Of a DNA stretch of 49,987 nucleotides, positions 38,195 to 46,631 are shown in pieces; position 1 is the first letter of the stretch, and each line of letters starts with the position of its first letter. The notes beneath the pieces are model-generated. The model was not told where the DNA came from. It ran no database searches and was given only the letters and a program-made list of their open reading frames with translations. This stretch comes from a virus. Taxonomy: Duplodnaviria > Caudoviricetes. The stretch spans positions 1 through 49,987 of the IMG/VR virus record IMGVR_UViG_3300049563_000031; one strand, written 5' to 3'. The translations under genes were made by a program, and so were the position numbers.

Positions 38195-40543
38195 ATGCTG
38201 CACAGTCAAGTCGTCCCGTTTCCGACAAGCAACGAGCGGTTTTTACGCGCCGTGTTCGGAGACCAGTCATGGCGACTGGCCTTGATCGCCGGCTTTGTGG
38301 GCGATCCGGAGAACCCCACCCAGGCCGACTGGACCGCGCATCCCGCCGCCAAGCTGCCCGAGGCTGCGCTGCAGCGGCAGATGAACACGTATTTTTGTCC
38401 CTCTCTGGTCCGCGGCACTCGCCGCGTGGTGGACCAGTTCGTGTCCCTCCACGTCATCGTCGTCGACGATTACGGGACCAAGGTATTTCCGGGCCTGCCT
38501 GAGAAATTTCTCGGCCGGCCGGCGAGCTACATCGCGGAAACCTCGCCAGGCAACTTTCAGGCGGGCTGGTACACCGAGCCGCTGACCGATCTGGCCTGGG
38601 TCAAGGGCATGCTCCGGCAGCTGCGCAAGGCGCTGGGCGCCGGGGACAACCTCACAGACCCGGTGGCCTGGCGCCGCCTGCCGGTCGGGGTCAACGGTAA
38701 AGCAAAATACCGGGGCATCATGGGGGCACCGTGGCAGGTCCTCGTCACCAGCACGACAAACCCGACCCGGATCACAGAGGCCGACTGGCCGGCGATCGAG
38801 GCCAACATCGGGACCATCGTGCCGGTCTCGTCCCGCCTGACCGGGACCGGGACCATGCCCGACCCGGGCGACATCGAGGCCGATCCGATCGTCCAGGCCC
38901 TGCGCCTCTTAGGCCGCATCCAGGGAAATTTACGTGCGACGACGATGGGCTGGGGGTTCGACATCGAGTGCCCGTGGTCCCAGGACCACACCACCCGCCT
39001 CCAGGAAGGCGCGGTTTATGTGCCCGTGCAAGCCAGGTTCCGTTGTCTCCACGGGCACTGCCAGGACCGCACCGTGGCGGACCTGCGCGAGAAGCTCAAC
39101 GAGCTGGTGCGCGACGAGACCGGCGGGCTGTTCTCGCTGCCCTACTGGGAGTTCGACGATGTTTTCGACACTGTCGAGACTGTCGATGCCGAGGTAAAAC
39201 CCAGCCGCCCTTTAAGCGCCTATGAGATGACCGAGGCCGGGGCGGCGCGGGCCTTCGTCGACCGGCACAAAGGCCAATTGCGGTTCGACCACGCCCGCGG
39301 CAGCTGGTTTTGCTGGGTCGGGGATTTTTGGCGCGAAGACAAGGTGCAACAAGCTCTCTGGTGGGCGCTGAAGCTGGCTCACGAGTTCGGCAACGCGATG
39401 CCGGACGCGACACCTGCACAGCTGCGCACAATCGGGAAGGTTGCCTTTGCCCAGGCCATCGAGCGGGCAGCTCGTGCGGACAAGCAGCTGGCGATGGACG
39501 GCTTGTCCTGGGACAAGAACGCGAACCTTGCGGGAGCGCCGGGCTGTGAAGTCGACCTGGTCACCGGGGAAATCCTCAAACCCGAGCCGGCGCACCTGGT
39601 CAGCCGACAGCTCCTTGTCGCGCCGAGCGGCATGAAGACGCCGATCTGGGACCAGTTCCTCTGGGACAGCACGGGGGGCGATCCCGAGCTGATAACTTTT
39701 TTGCAGGCGTGGTCCGGGTACTGCCTGACCGGCGACATCTCCGAAGAGAAGCTCGTCTTTCTTTATGGCCCCGGGGGCAACGGCAAGGGCGTCTTCCTGC
39801 TGACCCGCGACACGATCCTCAACGATTACGCGGCGCGTGTGCCGGCCGATATGTTCATGGTCCGCAAGTTTGACGCCCACCCCGAGGAAGTCGCCCGCCT
39901 CGCCGGTATCCGCTCGATCACTGCCAGCGAAATCGAGGAGGGCCGCACCTTTAACGCGGGGCGCCTGAAAGACTTTACCGGGCGCGACGGCAAGCTCACC
40001 GGGCGCTTTATGCGCCAGAACACGTTTCAGTTCACACCGGGGTTCAAGGTCACCTTGGTTGGGAACAACCAACCTCGGATAACCAACGTGGACGACGCCA
40101 TGCGCCGCCGGATCGTGCTGGTCCCGCTCACGCAGAGGCCGGCGGTTCCGGATCTTACGCTCAAAGACCGCTTAAAAGTCGAGTACCCGGGGATCTTGCG
40201 CTGGATGATCGAGGGGGAAAACCTCCGTAGGACGATGGGCGGGTTGGCCGCGCTAGTCCCGGCTAGTGCAACCAACGCCACCGGGGCTTACCTGGCGGAC
40301 CAGGACACGCTTGGTGGATGGGCCGCAGAGCGTTGTGTGTTTGGTCCCGGGCACCAGACGGCGGTCGCCAAGGCGTTCGAGGATTACAGGTCCTGGTGTC
40401 ACGACCAGGGGCATTTTACCGAGGTCGGGATACAGGACTTTAGTCGCAAATTTGTGGAGAAATTCCCGGACTGTCGGAAAACTCGTGAGACCCAAGGAAA
40501 TTTTCTGGTCGGCACCAGTATTTCGGCCCAACAAGATGTGTAA
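38195..40543 (+). CDS. Primase-helicase: RepB-type primase, Zn finger, D5_N, SF3 helicase
   Basis: YF, IVVDD, ETSPGNFQ; CPW...H...FRC.HGHC; W....G..W; G.GGNGKG; SE; RRRI; EYPGIL.W. Confidence 0.9.
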   Translation: MLHSQVVPFPTSNERFLRAVFGDQSWRLALIAGFVGDPENPTQADWTAHPAAKLPEAALQRQMNTYFCPSLVRGTRRVVDQFVSLHVIVVDDYGTKVFPGLPEKFLGRPASYIAETSPGNFQAGWYTEPLTDLAWVKGMLRQLRKALGAGDNLTDPVAWRRLPVGVNGKAKYRGIMGAPWQVLVTSTTNPTRITEADWPAIEANIGTIVPVSSRLTGTGTMPDPGDIEADPIVQALRLLGRIQGNLRATTMGWGFDIECPWSQDHTTRLQEGAVYVPVQARFRCLHGHCQDRTVADLREKLNELVRDETGGLFSLPYWEFDDVFDTVETVDAEVKPSRPLSAYEMTEAGAARAFVDRHKGQLRFDHARGSWFCWVGDFWREDKVQQALWWALKLAHEFGNAMPDATPAQLRTIGKVAFAQAIERAARADKQLAMDGLSWDKNANLAGAPGCEVDLVTGEILKPEPAHLVSRQLLVAPSGMKTPIWDQFLWDSTGGDPELITFLQAWSGYCLTGDISEEKLVFLYGPGGNGKGVFLLTRDTILNDYAARVPADMFMVRKFDAHPEEVARLAGIRSITASEIEEGRTFNAGRLKDFTGRDGKLTGRFMRQNTFQFTPGFKVTLVGNNQPRITNVDDAMRRRIVLVPLTQRPAVPDLTLKDRLKVEYPGILRWMIEGENLRRTMGGLAALVPASATNATGAYLADQDTLGGWAAERCVFGPGHQTAVAKAFEDYRSWCHDQGHFTEVGIQDFSRKFVEKFPDCRKTRETQGNFLVGTSISAQQDV

Positions 40544-40648
40544 AATGTAGGCCTATGTAGACCTCAAAGTATATACGCATAGGATCGATAATATGCATAT
40601 TAAAAAATACCTAGAGGGGATACTCCGAGGTCTACATAGGCCTACATT
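40544..40648. repeat. 22-bp perfect inverted repeat around AT-rich spacer, candidate replication origin
   Basis: AATGTAGGCCTATGTAGACCTC (40544-40565) / GAGGTCTACATAGGCCTACATT (40627-40648). Confidence 0.75.
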
Positions 40649-40689
40649 GACACAAAATGACACAAAACACAAAAAAGGAGGAACACAAA

Positions 40690-41040
40690 ATGCAACACTA
40701 TTTGTTGACGGTTGACGTTGTCCCGCAACGAGTTCGGGCACACAGCTATCTGACGTGTCCTGACGACACTCTTGGCGTGGACGTTCTCGGCGCAGCGACC
40801 GAGAAGCTGCTCGATGTCGCGGAGGGGATCGCCCGTGAGCTGGGCACTCGTTTGTTGCCCATCATCCTGTCGACACGGCTGACGGGCGGCGAAAAAGTGG
40901 TGCGCGAGATTGTCCGCCGAGAAGTCCCGGGGGCAAGAGACAAGCTCCGCAAGCCGAAGAAAGATGCGGTCTACCGGATGATGTGGGTCTGGGACACTCG
41001 GGACAACCCAGACGACGCCCGGCTGATGGCGCTGCATTAA
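40690..41040 (+). CDS. Hypothetical protein
   Basis: AAGGAGG RBS, 116 aa. Confidence 0.7.
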   Translation: MQHYLLTVDVVPQRVRAHSYLTCPDDTLGVDVLGAATEKLLDVAEGIARELGTRLLPIILSTRLTGGEKVVREIVRREVPGARDKLRKPKKDAVYRMMWVWDTRDNPDDARLMALH

Positions 41041-41316
41041 AACCGCCGTAGGACGATGCCAAAACCGCCGTAGGACGAAATGGACGACGATCTGGTCATG
41101 CTGGGTGACTGCCCGCCGGGGCTGTTCCTGTTCAACGGAAGCTTGGGTTTCAAATCCGAGTACAAGACGGAAAGCCTCTCACGCCCAGGCGTCTGGCAGT
41201 CGGACGCCTACGTAGTCGAGAGCGGGGAGTATTTCTGGGGCGGTGTCTCTGACCCGGAAGCGCGCGAAAGGCTGATGGTTGAGCCGGTAGACTGGACGAT
41301 GAAAACCGCCGTAGGA
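41039..41316 (+). repeat. Three copies of AAAACCGCCGTAGGA
   Basis: Copies at 41039, 41061 and 41302. Confidence 0.85.
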
Positions 41317-41319
41317 TGA
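41080..41319 (+). CDS. Conserved phage hypothetical protein
   Basis: L.DCPPGLF...K.EY...AY...SGE.FWGG motif. Confidence 0.7.
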   Translation: MDDDLVMLGDCPPGLFLFNGSLGFKSEYKTESLSRPGVWQSDAYVVESGEYFWGGVSDPEARERLMVEPVDWTMKTAVG

Positions 41320-41348
41320 TGGGGTCCGGAGGCTGCAGCGTGTGACCG

Positions 41349-41384
41349 AAAAAAGGGGCGGCCCAGGCGGGCCGCCCCTTTCTT
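41349..41384. terminator. Bidirectional terminator between convergent operons
   Basis: AAAGGGGCGGCCC-AGGC-GGGCCGCCCCTTT. Confidence 0.85.
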
Positions 41385-41385
41385 G

Positions 41386-41577
41386 TCAGGCGATCGGCGA
41401 TCGCCGCCGTCGCGCCGCGATAATGCGCCTACATCGGGCGCAACGCCACGGCCGCGGCGTGGCCGGCGCCGTGGCCCAGCTGGGCCGCCATAGACGGCCC
41501 AGGCGCGCGGCGATCAAGCCGCACGCCGTGAGCGATAGCCCGTCACGCGCCAAGTGAACGCGGCGGAACCCGGTCAT
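41386..41577 (-). CDS. Small basic Zn-finger-like protein
   Basis: H.......TACG....CARC; ATGA overlap. Confidence 0.5.
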   Translation of the reverse strand: MTGFRRVHLARDGLSLTACGLIAARLGRLWRPSWATAPATPRPWRCARCRRIIAARRRRSPIA

Positions 41578-41759
41578 GGCCGGCGCCAAAATGCTTGGCC
41601 TGCGAGGGCCAGCGATATGACGAGCAGAACAAGGCCCAGTGCCGGAAAGCCGATAATGGCGACTAATCCAGCGTTGAGAAAAGTGGCGATTGAGGCACCG
41701 TACAGGAAACCGTAAGTTTCGGCTTCACTATCGGAGCGAGGGCGGCGAAAGGGTTTCAT
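41574..41759 (-). CDS. Small two-TM membrane protein
   Basis: Two hydrophobic segments; AAGGACACC leader. Confidence 0.6.
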   Translation of the reverse strand: MKPFRRPRSDSEAETYGFLYGASIATFLNAGLVAIIGFPALGLVLLVISLALAGQAFWRRP

Positions 41760-41952
41760 GGTTCGGTGTCCTTGTGTCAGGCCGGCACGATCGGTAGCCT
41801 AAAGGCCCGCCACCATCACGTGAGCGGGCCGAAAGAGCGCGGCGGAGGGCCGCTGGGTGAGGGGAAAGGGGTTGGCGGCTACCCCACTGGCCGCCAACCC
41901 CTAAATCGCGCCAGCGGCCACCGGAGGGCCGCTAGCGTCGATTTCGGGTTTT

Positions 41953-43719
41953 TCAGTCAGCCTCCCGCGGGTTGGCGTCTTCCAGCATCGACACCAGCAC
42001 CCCCAGGCCGGTCGCGGCCAGCTGGCTCAGATCAGTCACGTTGACGGAGTACCGGGCTGGGAACGCCTTGGTGACACTGGCGCAAGCCATGCCGATGCCC
42101 ACGGTCTCGACACCCATCCCGGCCGCCAGCCGGCATGCGACGGTAACCGCCTTGCCCTTATAGTCGCACTCGCCGTCGGTGAGGACCATCATGATGCGGC
42201 GCGATGCCGGCACGTCACAGAGCAACCGGGCGCCTTCCAGGATGGCCGGGGACAGCGGCGTGTACTGGTCCGCGGGGATGATCGCCAGCTGGGCCGCGCG
42301 AGAGGCAACGGGCGCGCCCCAGCTTTTTACGATGCTGACAAGGGCGCCCGCTGCGGAGCCGGTATGGAAACACGCGATCGCCACCTTGGCGTTGGCGTCC
42401 TCCGCGGCCCGTGCGATATGCCATGCCGTCGCGCGCGCCAGCATCATGCGGGTTGCGCCGGGGATCGCGTTCTCCGTCATCGATGAGGAGCCATCGATCA
42501 AAATCAACAGCGCGGTATCGATGCCCGGGCTATCGTCGCGCCGCGAGTAAACATCGGTTGCGCCTGTCCGCATGCGGACCAGCGCGCGGCGGTCCAGGCG
42601 CCCGGTGTTTTCGTGATGCGTGACGCGGCGTTTTTCGTCCGACACAAGCAACCGAGAAATCTGGCCGTGCAACACGCTGTTGTTTGGCATTAGCTCGCTC
42701 AGGCCTTTCGCCGCGCTCTGTTGCGCTACCGCGCCAGCGCGGCCGGCCGTGAACGGCTCAAAGCTTTCGACTATGTTGCGCACGGTTGACAGGCGATGGT
42801 CGCTGTTCTTGTTGATGTACTCGTCAAGGTCCGCGATGCCGGCGCGCCCCGCGATTTTCTCGATTGTTTCAGACAGGTCCGCATCGGTCGGGATACCGCG
42901 GGTTTTCTTGCCGCCTTTCTTGCCGCCTTCCTGGCCTTCCTGGCCTTCCTGGCCCTCCTGGCCTTCCTGGCCCTCCTGGCCGTCCTGGCCGTCCTGGCCG
43001 TCCTGGCCGTCCTGGCCTTGTTGTTGGCCGGGCTGGGTTGGCGGTGCCAGCGGCCGGCCTTCCAGCGTGACGAGTTCCTCGGCAAGGCGCCGCACGTCAT
43101 CGGTGTTGTCGCAGTCACGCACGCCGGCCAAGGCGCGGTCTATCACTCGCGTTACGGCCGGGGACAAGGCGCTCGGCAAACCGGCCGCGGCGGGGATCGC
43201 GTAGCCGTTGCAGCATCGCCCCAAAATCGCGGCGATGTACGGTGCGTCGGCGATCCTGGCGCCGATTACGACGCCGCCCGCCTTGGCGCCGCAAACCGCT
43301 TCGTAGTGCAGATGGTTGGCCATGTTGCTTAACAGGCTGCGCAGCGCGGGGAAATGGCCGGCCGCGATCTCAGTCTGTTCGATGCGCACGTCCTCCAGGG
43401 CATTGGTCCAGTCGCGGACGCGCGTGCCGGCCTTGACCGCGATATCCCAGGCGGCTTTGTCGGAGTGCAACACGTGGCAGCATTCATGGGCAATGAACGC
43501 TACCAGCCTATCCGCTTCGGCGCGCGTTAATAGCGCGTCGGGCGGCAAGGTCGGCATGTTGAGCGTGACGGTGTTGCGGATCGCGTCCCAGTCTACGGAC
43601 GCGGTCCGGCCGCCCTCGGTTGTGATGGTCACGTACCAAGTGCGGCCGCCCGTGCGGAGGTTTAGGATTTTCGTCGCGGTTTCGCTCGCCGCGGCGACTA
43701 CATCGATATAGCGAGGCAT
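41953..43719 (-). CDS. CobT-like zincin plus VWA protein
   Basis: HECCH and NALED.RIE; G.LD.R.L; MIDAS DGSSS, TP, LTDG. Confidence 0.88.
   Translation of the reverse strand: MPRYIDVVAAASETATKILNLRTGGRTWYVTITTEGGRTASVDWDAIRNTVTLNMPTLPPDALLTRAEADRLVAFIAHECCHVLHSDKAAWDIAVKAGTRVRDWTNALEDVRIEQTEIAAGHFPALRSLLSNMANHLHYEAVCGAKAGGVVIGARIADAPYIAAILGRCCNGYAIPAAAGLPSALSPAVTRVIDRALAGVRDCDNTDDVRRLAEELVTLEGRPLAPPTQPGQQQGQDGQDGQDGQDGQEGQEGQEGQEGQEGQEGGKKGGKKTRGIPTDADLSETIEKIAGRAGIADLDEYINKNSDHRLSTVRNIVESFEPFTAGRAGAVAQQSAAKGLSELMPNNSVLHGQISRLLVSDEKRRVTHHENTGRLDRRALVRMRTGATDVYSRRDDSPGIDTALLILIDGSSSMTENAIPGATRMMLARATAWHIARAAEDANAKVAIACFHTGSAAGALVSIVKSWGAPVASRAAQLAIIPADQYTPLSPAILEGARLLCDVPASRRIMMVLTDGECDYKGKAVTVACRLAAGMGVETVGIGMACASVTKAFPARYSVNVTDLSQLAATGLGVLVSMLEDANPREAD
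42926..43017 (-). repeat. 9-bp tandem repeat encoding (GQD/GQE) x10
   Basis: CCTGGCCNT units in the linker of the VWA gene. Confidence 0.85.
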
Positions 43720-43734
43720 GGTTTGTGGTGTCCT

Positions 43735-45249
43735 TCAAACAGCGGTAAATTCGCTGGCCGCGTGCCGGCCGGCAAGGGTTGGGTTGGCGATCGTAGGATC
43801 GACAACAACGGGCGCCGCGGGCGCGGCCGGGTTGAGTGCCTTGGCAACGGCGGCCCGGTCGTAAGCCAACAGGCACTGTTCGCGGAGGGCCTCTACGTCT
43901 TGTTCGGGCGCACAGTTCAACACGGCGGCTTGAAAGGCGGCCTCTGCGTCGATACCGTCGACCAACAGTTGCGCCCAGGGCAACAGGCGGCGGAGTCCGA
44001 TACCGTGCGAGAGGCTTTGATCTGCGGCCGCAGCCCTGGTCACGGTCGCGGCCGAAACCAGCAAACGCGCCAGATCAACAGGGCAGCCCGTGTACGCGAC
44101 GATCACGTCCGCTTCCTTCGCTGGTGCCATGTAGTCGATTGCGATACGGACGGCCCAGCGATCCAAAAACGCGGCGTTTAGACGGTTTGTGTCGGTATAG
44201 CCGCGCCGCGCTCCGCCGCCCGTGCCGTTTGTGTTGTCTGTGGTGAGGAACAACACCCCAGGCGCCACCTTCACGCGCCGGCCGGTTTCGGCGATGAACA
44301 ACTCGCGATACTGCAGGACGTTTTGCATGACGAACAACGCGCCAGGGCGCGCAACGCTCGGCTCATCTAGGCACACAACGCAACCGGGCGTCTGGATTGC
44401 CCTGGTCAGCTGGCCGTCCTGCCATGCAACGCCGCCGTCCGCGGCCGGCACCGTCACGCCTACGAGAACGGCCGCCTCGGTGCCGTTGTCGCAGGAGATC
44501 AATGCGAACGGCCGGCCAGTGCGTGCGGCCAGCTGTTGTGCCCATTCGGTTTTTCCCGTGCCGGCCGGCCCGTAGAACATCACGTTGTTGCCGCGGTGCA
44601 GCTGGGTCAGCGCGATTGCCGTGGCCGGCTGCGGCCACACATAGCGGTCGTTCACGCGCGGCGTATCAGGATGCGAACCGTCCCAAAGCGTTGTCTCTTG
44701 CTTGCCCAGGTCGCCGGTGACGCCAAACAGCTTGCGCCACGTGGCGGTTTGTCCCGTCTGGCGCGCCACGTGAACGTGACCAGGGACCACAGACGCGGCC
44801 GGGATTTCCCGGACGATTTCCACGGCCGGCTTGCGGGCCTCGGTGACCAGTTCGCGCAAACGATCGTCTAACGCGCTGAAACCGCCTTGCACGATTAGGC
44901 TGCGGATCGTCTGGACCTCAGCCTCGATTGCGTCGGGCGCGTCTGGCGCCGCGGGCGCGTCGTTATCATCGTCTGAGGCTGAGGTAGCAACCGCCATGCG
45001 TTCCGGCGACAACAAAGCTTCAGTGGTTATCATGTTTGTTATCGTCGCGCTGTTGCTTGCGGCCGTGGCGAGCGCGTCCGCGGTGATTTTGGCTGGGTCT
45101 AACCCGTAACCGGCCAGGACGATATGCAGGTCCGCGAGCGATAAATCGTTCACCCGCCGGCCGTGCATAAGATCGACGCCCTGCCGCGTGATTGCATGTC
45201 GGAGTGCGGCGCGTAACGCGCCCCGCACGATTTGGGATGGGTAAGCCAT
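43735..45249 (-). CDS. MoxR/CobS-like AAA+ ATPase
   Basis: GPAGTGKT, WQDG.LT.A, CLDE, TDNTNG, LNAAFLDR. Confidence 0.9.
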   Translation of the reverse strand: MAYPSQIVRGALRAALRHAITRQGVDLMHGRRVNDLSLADLHIVLAGYGLDPAKITADALATAASNSATITNMITTEALLSPERMAVATSASDDDNDAPAAPDAPDAIEAEVQTIRSLIVQGGFSALDDRLRELVTEARKPAVEIVREIPAASVVPGHVHVARQTGQTATWRKLFGVTGDLGKQETTLWDGSHPDTPRVNDRYVWPQPATAIALTQLHRGNNVMFYGPAGTGKTEWAQQLAARTGRPFALISCDNGTEAAVLVGVTVPAADGGVAWQDGQLTRAIQTPGCVVCLDEPSVARPGALFVMQNVLQYRELFIAETGRRVKVAPGVLFLTTDNTNGTGGGARRGYTDTNRLNAAFLDRWAVRIAIDYMAPAKEADVIVAYTGCPVDLARLLVSAATVTRAAAADQSLSHGIGLRRLLPWAQLLVDGIDAEAAFQAAVLNCAPEQDVEALREQCLLAYDRAAVAKALNPAAPAAPVVVDPTIANPTLAGRHAASEFTAV

Positions 45250-45353
45250 TGATTTGGTGTCCTTTTTCCTGGTGTAGGCTCTGTGGTGTCATGTCGCTTG
45301 GTCTTTCGACCGCAGGACAAGTACCATAGCGCGCCCAACTAGGACAACACAAA

Positions 45354-45815
45354 ATGCAACGTGCCACTCAGATTGGCGAGGTTAAGCGGATTGGCGGCTG
45401 GCGTGGCTCGCCTAACAGCATCGCCGGCTTGATGCGATCGCAGGTTCGCTACGCGGAGCAACGCAAGTGCAAGCGGTGCCGGCGGATTGCCGTTCGCGGC
45501 CAGGATCACTGTGTTGGGCACCTGGGCCGCTGGTCCCCGTTGTCCCAGGCGGCCGGCCGCGGCGAGAGCCGCATGCTGGCGCGCCTAGAACGTGCCGGCT
45601 TGCTTCCCCTGGATTTGATCGCGCTGCCTGTCTGGCGCGGCTTGATGGGCTTGCCGACATCCCAGCGGGCGCCCATGCGGCTGGCGCTCATCCAGGCCTG
45701 GGATAAGAGGCACGTGGCGCCCCTCCGTTGGGCCGCAGTGCAACGGCAGGCGTTCGATCTGGCAAGCCAGCCCGGCCGGCGCCGGCCAACCGCGGCGTAT
45801 TATGAAAACCGCTAA
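45354..45815 (+). CDS. Zn-finger protein (HGGxSTG-like), possible late regulator or packaging factor
   Basis: CKRC...AV.G...C..H.G; directly before terS-like gene. Confidence 0.55.
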   Translation: MQRATQIGEVKRIGGWRGSPNSIAGLMRSQVRYAEQRKCKRCRRIAVRGQDHCVGHLGRWSPLSQAAGRGESRMLARLERAGLLPLDLIALPVWRGLMGLPTSQRAPMRLALIQAWDKRHVAPLRWAAVQRQAFDLASQPGRRRPTAAYYENR

Positions 45816-46167
45816 GCGGCGATCGCGGGGACCACGGCGGACCAGCCGGGGACCAGTGGGGGACCAGCGGGGACAAGCGTTTGTTGTCCAGGACAAGGCT
45901 GCCAAGGTCGTTGAGAACAGCACAGAACGTGTAAGTTATGCCCCGCTCGCGTTCCAGCTTCGTTCCATCTTGGATGACCCCGAAACTCCAGCCGCAGCGC
46001 GGGTTAACGCGGCTCGAACCCTTGCCGAGATAGCCGGCGCGATCGGCCGGCACGCGCCGGCGCCGGAGCGTGGCGCCCAGGCGCCCTTGTCCCTGTTGTC
46101 CCGGGCGGAGCTTGTCTCGGAGCTAGACCGCCTTCGCACACTCCTGGACCTGGGCCTCGTGCGCTAA
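45802..46167 (+). CDS. Terminase small subunit-like protein
   Basis: L..IL.D..TP.AARV.AA..L.E.AG and LS..EL helix typical of TerS; start uncertain. Confidence 0.55.
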   Translation: MKTAKRRSRGPRRTSRGPVGDQRGQAFVVQDKAAKVVENSTERVSYAPLAFQLRSILDDPETPAAARVNAARTLAEIAGAIGRHAPAPERGAQAPLSLLSRAELVSELDRLRTLLDLGLVR

Positions 46168-46461
46168 GCCTTTGTCCCGGCTCGCCTTGGCCTTCCCTAC
46201 TCAAGGGAGTTCGGGCGCTCCGCCTTGTCCCAGGACCACAGGCCTTCCGGGCTTCCGCCACCCCCCGGGGGTGCCCGCCCGACCGCCGCGAACCCATGAC
46301 TGACCCCATCACCAAATTCACCAGTTTTTATCTTTTGGGGTCCCCGGGCGCCCCAGCAACAAAGCCTACAACGAGTTTTAAGACCTCCCCGCCCCGCCAT
46401 ATCGCCGCGGTCGCGCATCTGCGCCCTAAACCCTCTCGGGGCGGGGATTTTCTGTGTGGCG

Positions 46462-46481
46462 CGGCCACCCTAGGGTGGCCG
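46462..46481. repeat. Perfect 20-bp palindrome
   Basis: CGGCCACCCTAGGGTGGCCG. Confidence 0.8.
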
Positions 46482-46631
46482 AGGCGGAGAGCCGTTCCTG
46501 GTTTATCCCGGCTTCTTCGAGCGGCCGGGGGTGTCGGATTTCCCGCCAACGGGGCCTAAAGTGCGTTTTCTTTGCGTTTTTGTCCTTCCCGTGTAGTGTG
46601 CGGCCTTTCATAGGGGGACACAAGCCGCAAA

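Noticed and set aside
41039-41316. Possible mini CRISPR array
   Set aside because: Repeats only 15-18 bp, with spacers of 4 and about 220 bp
41953-45249. cobS/cobT as cobalamin auxiliary metabolic genes
   Set aside because: No cobN or pathway genes; the zincin motif and context fit a generic MoxR-VWA pair
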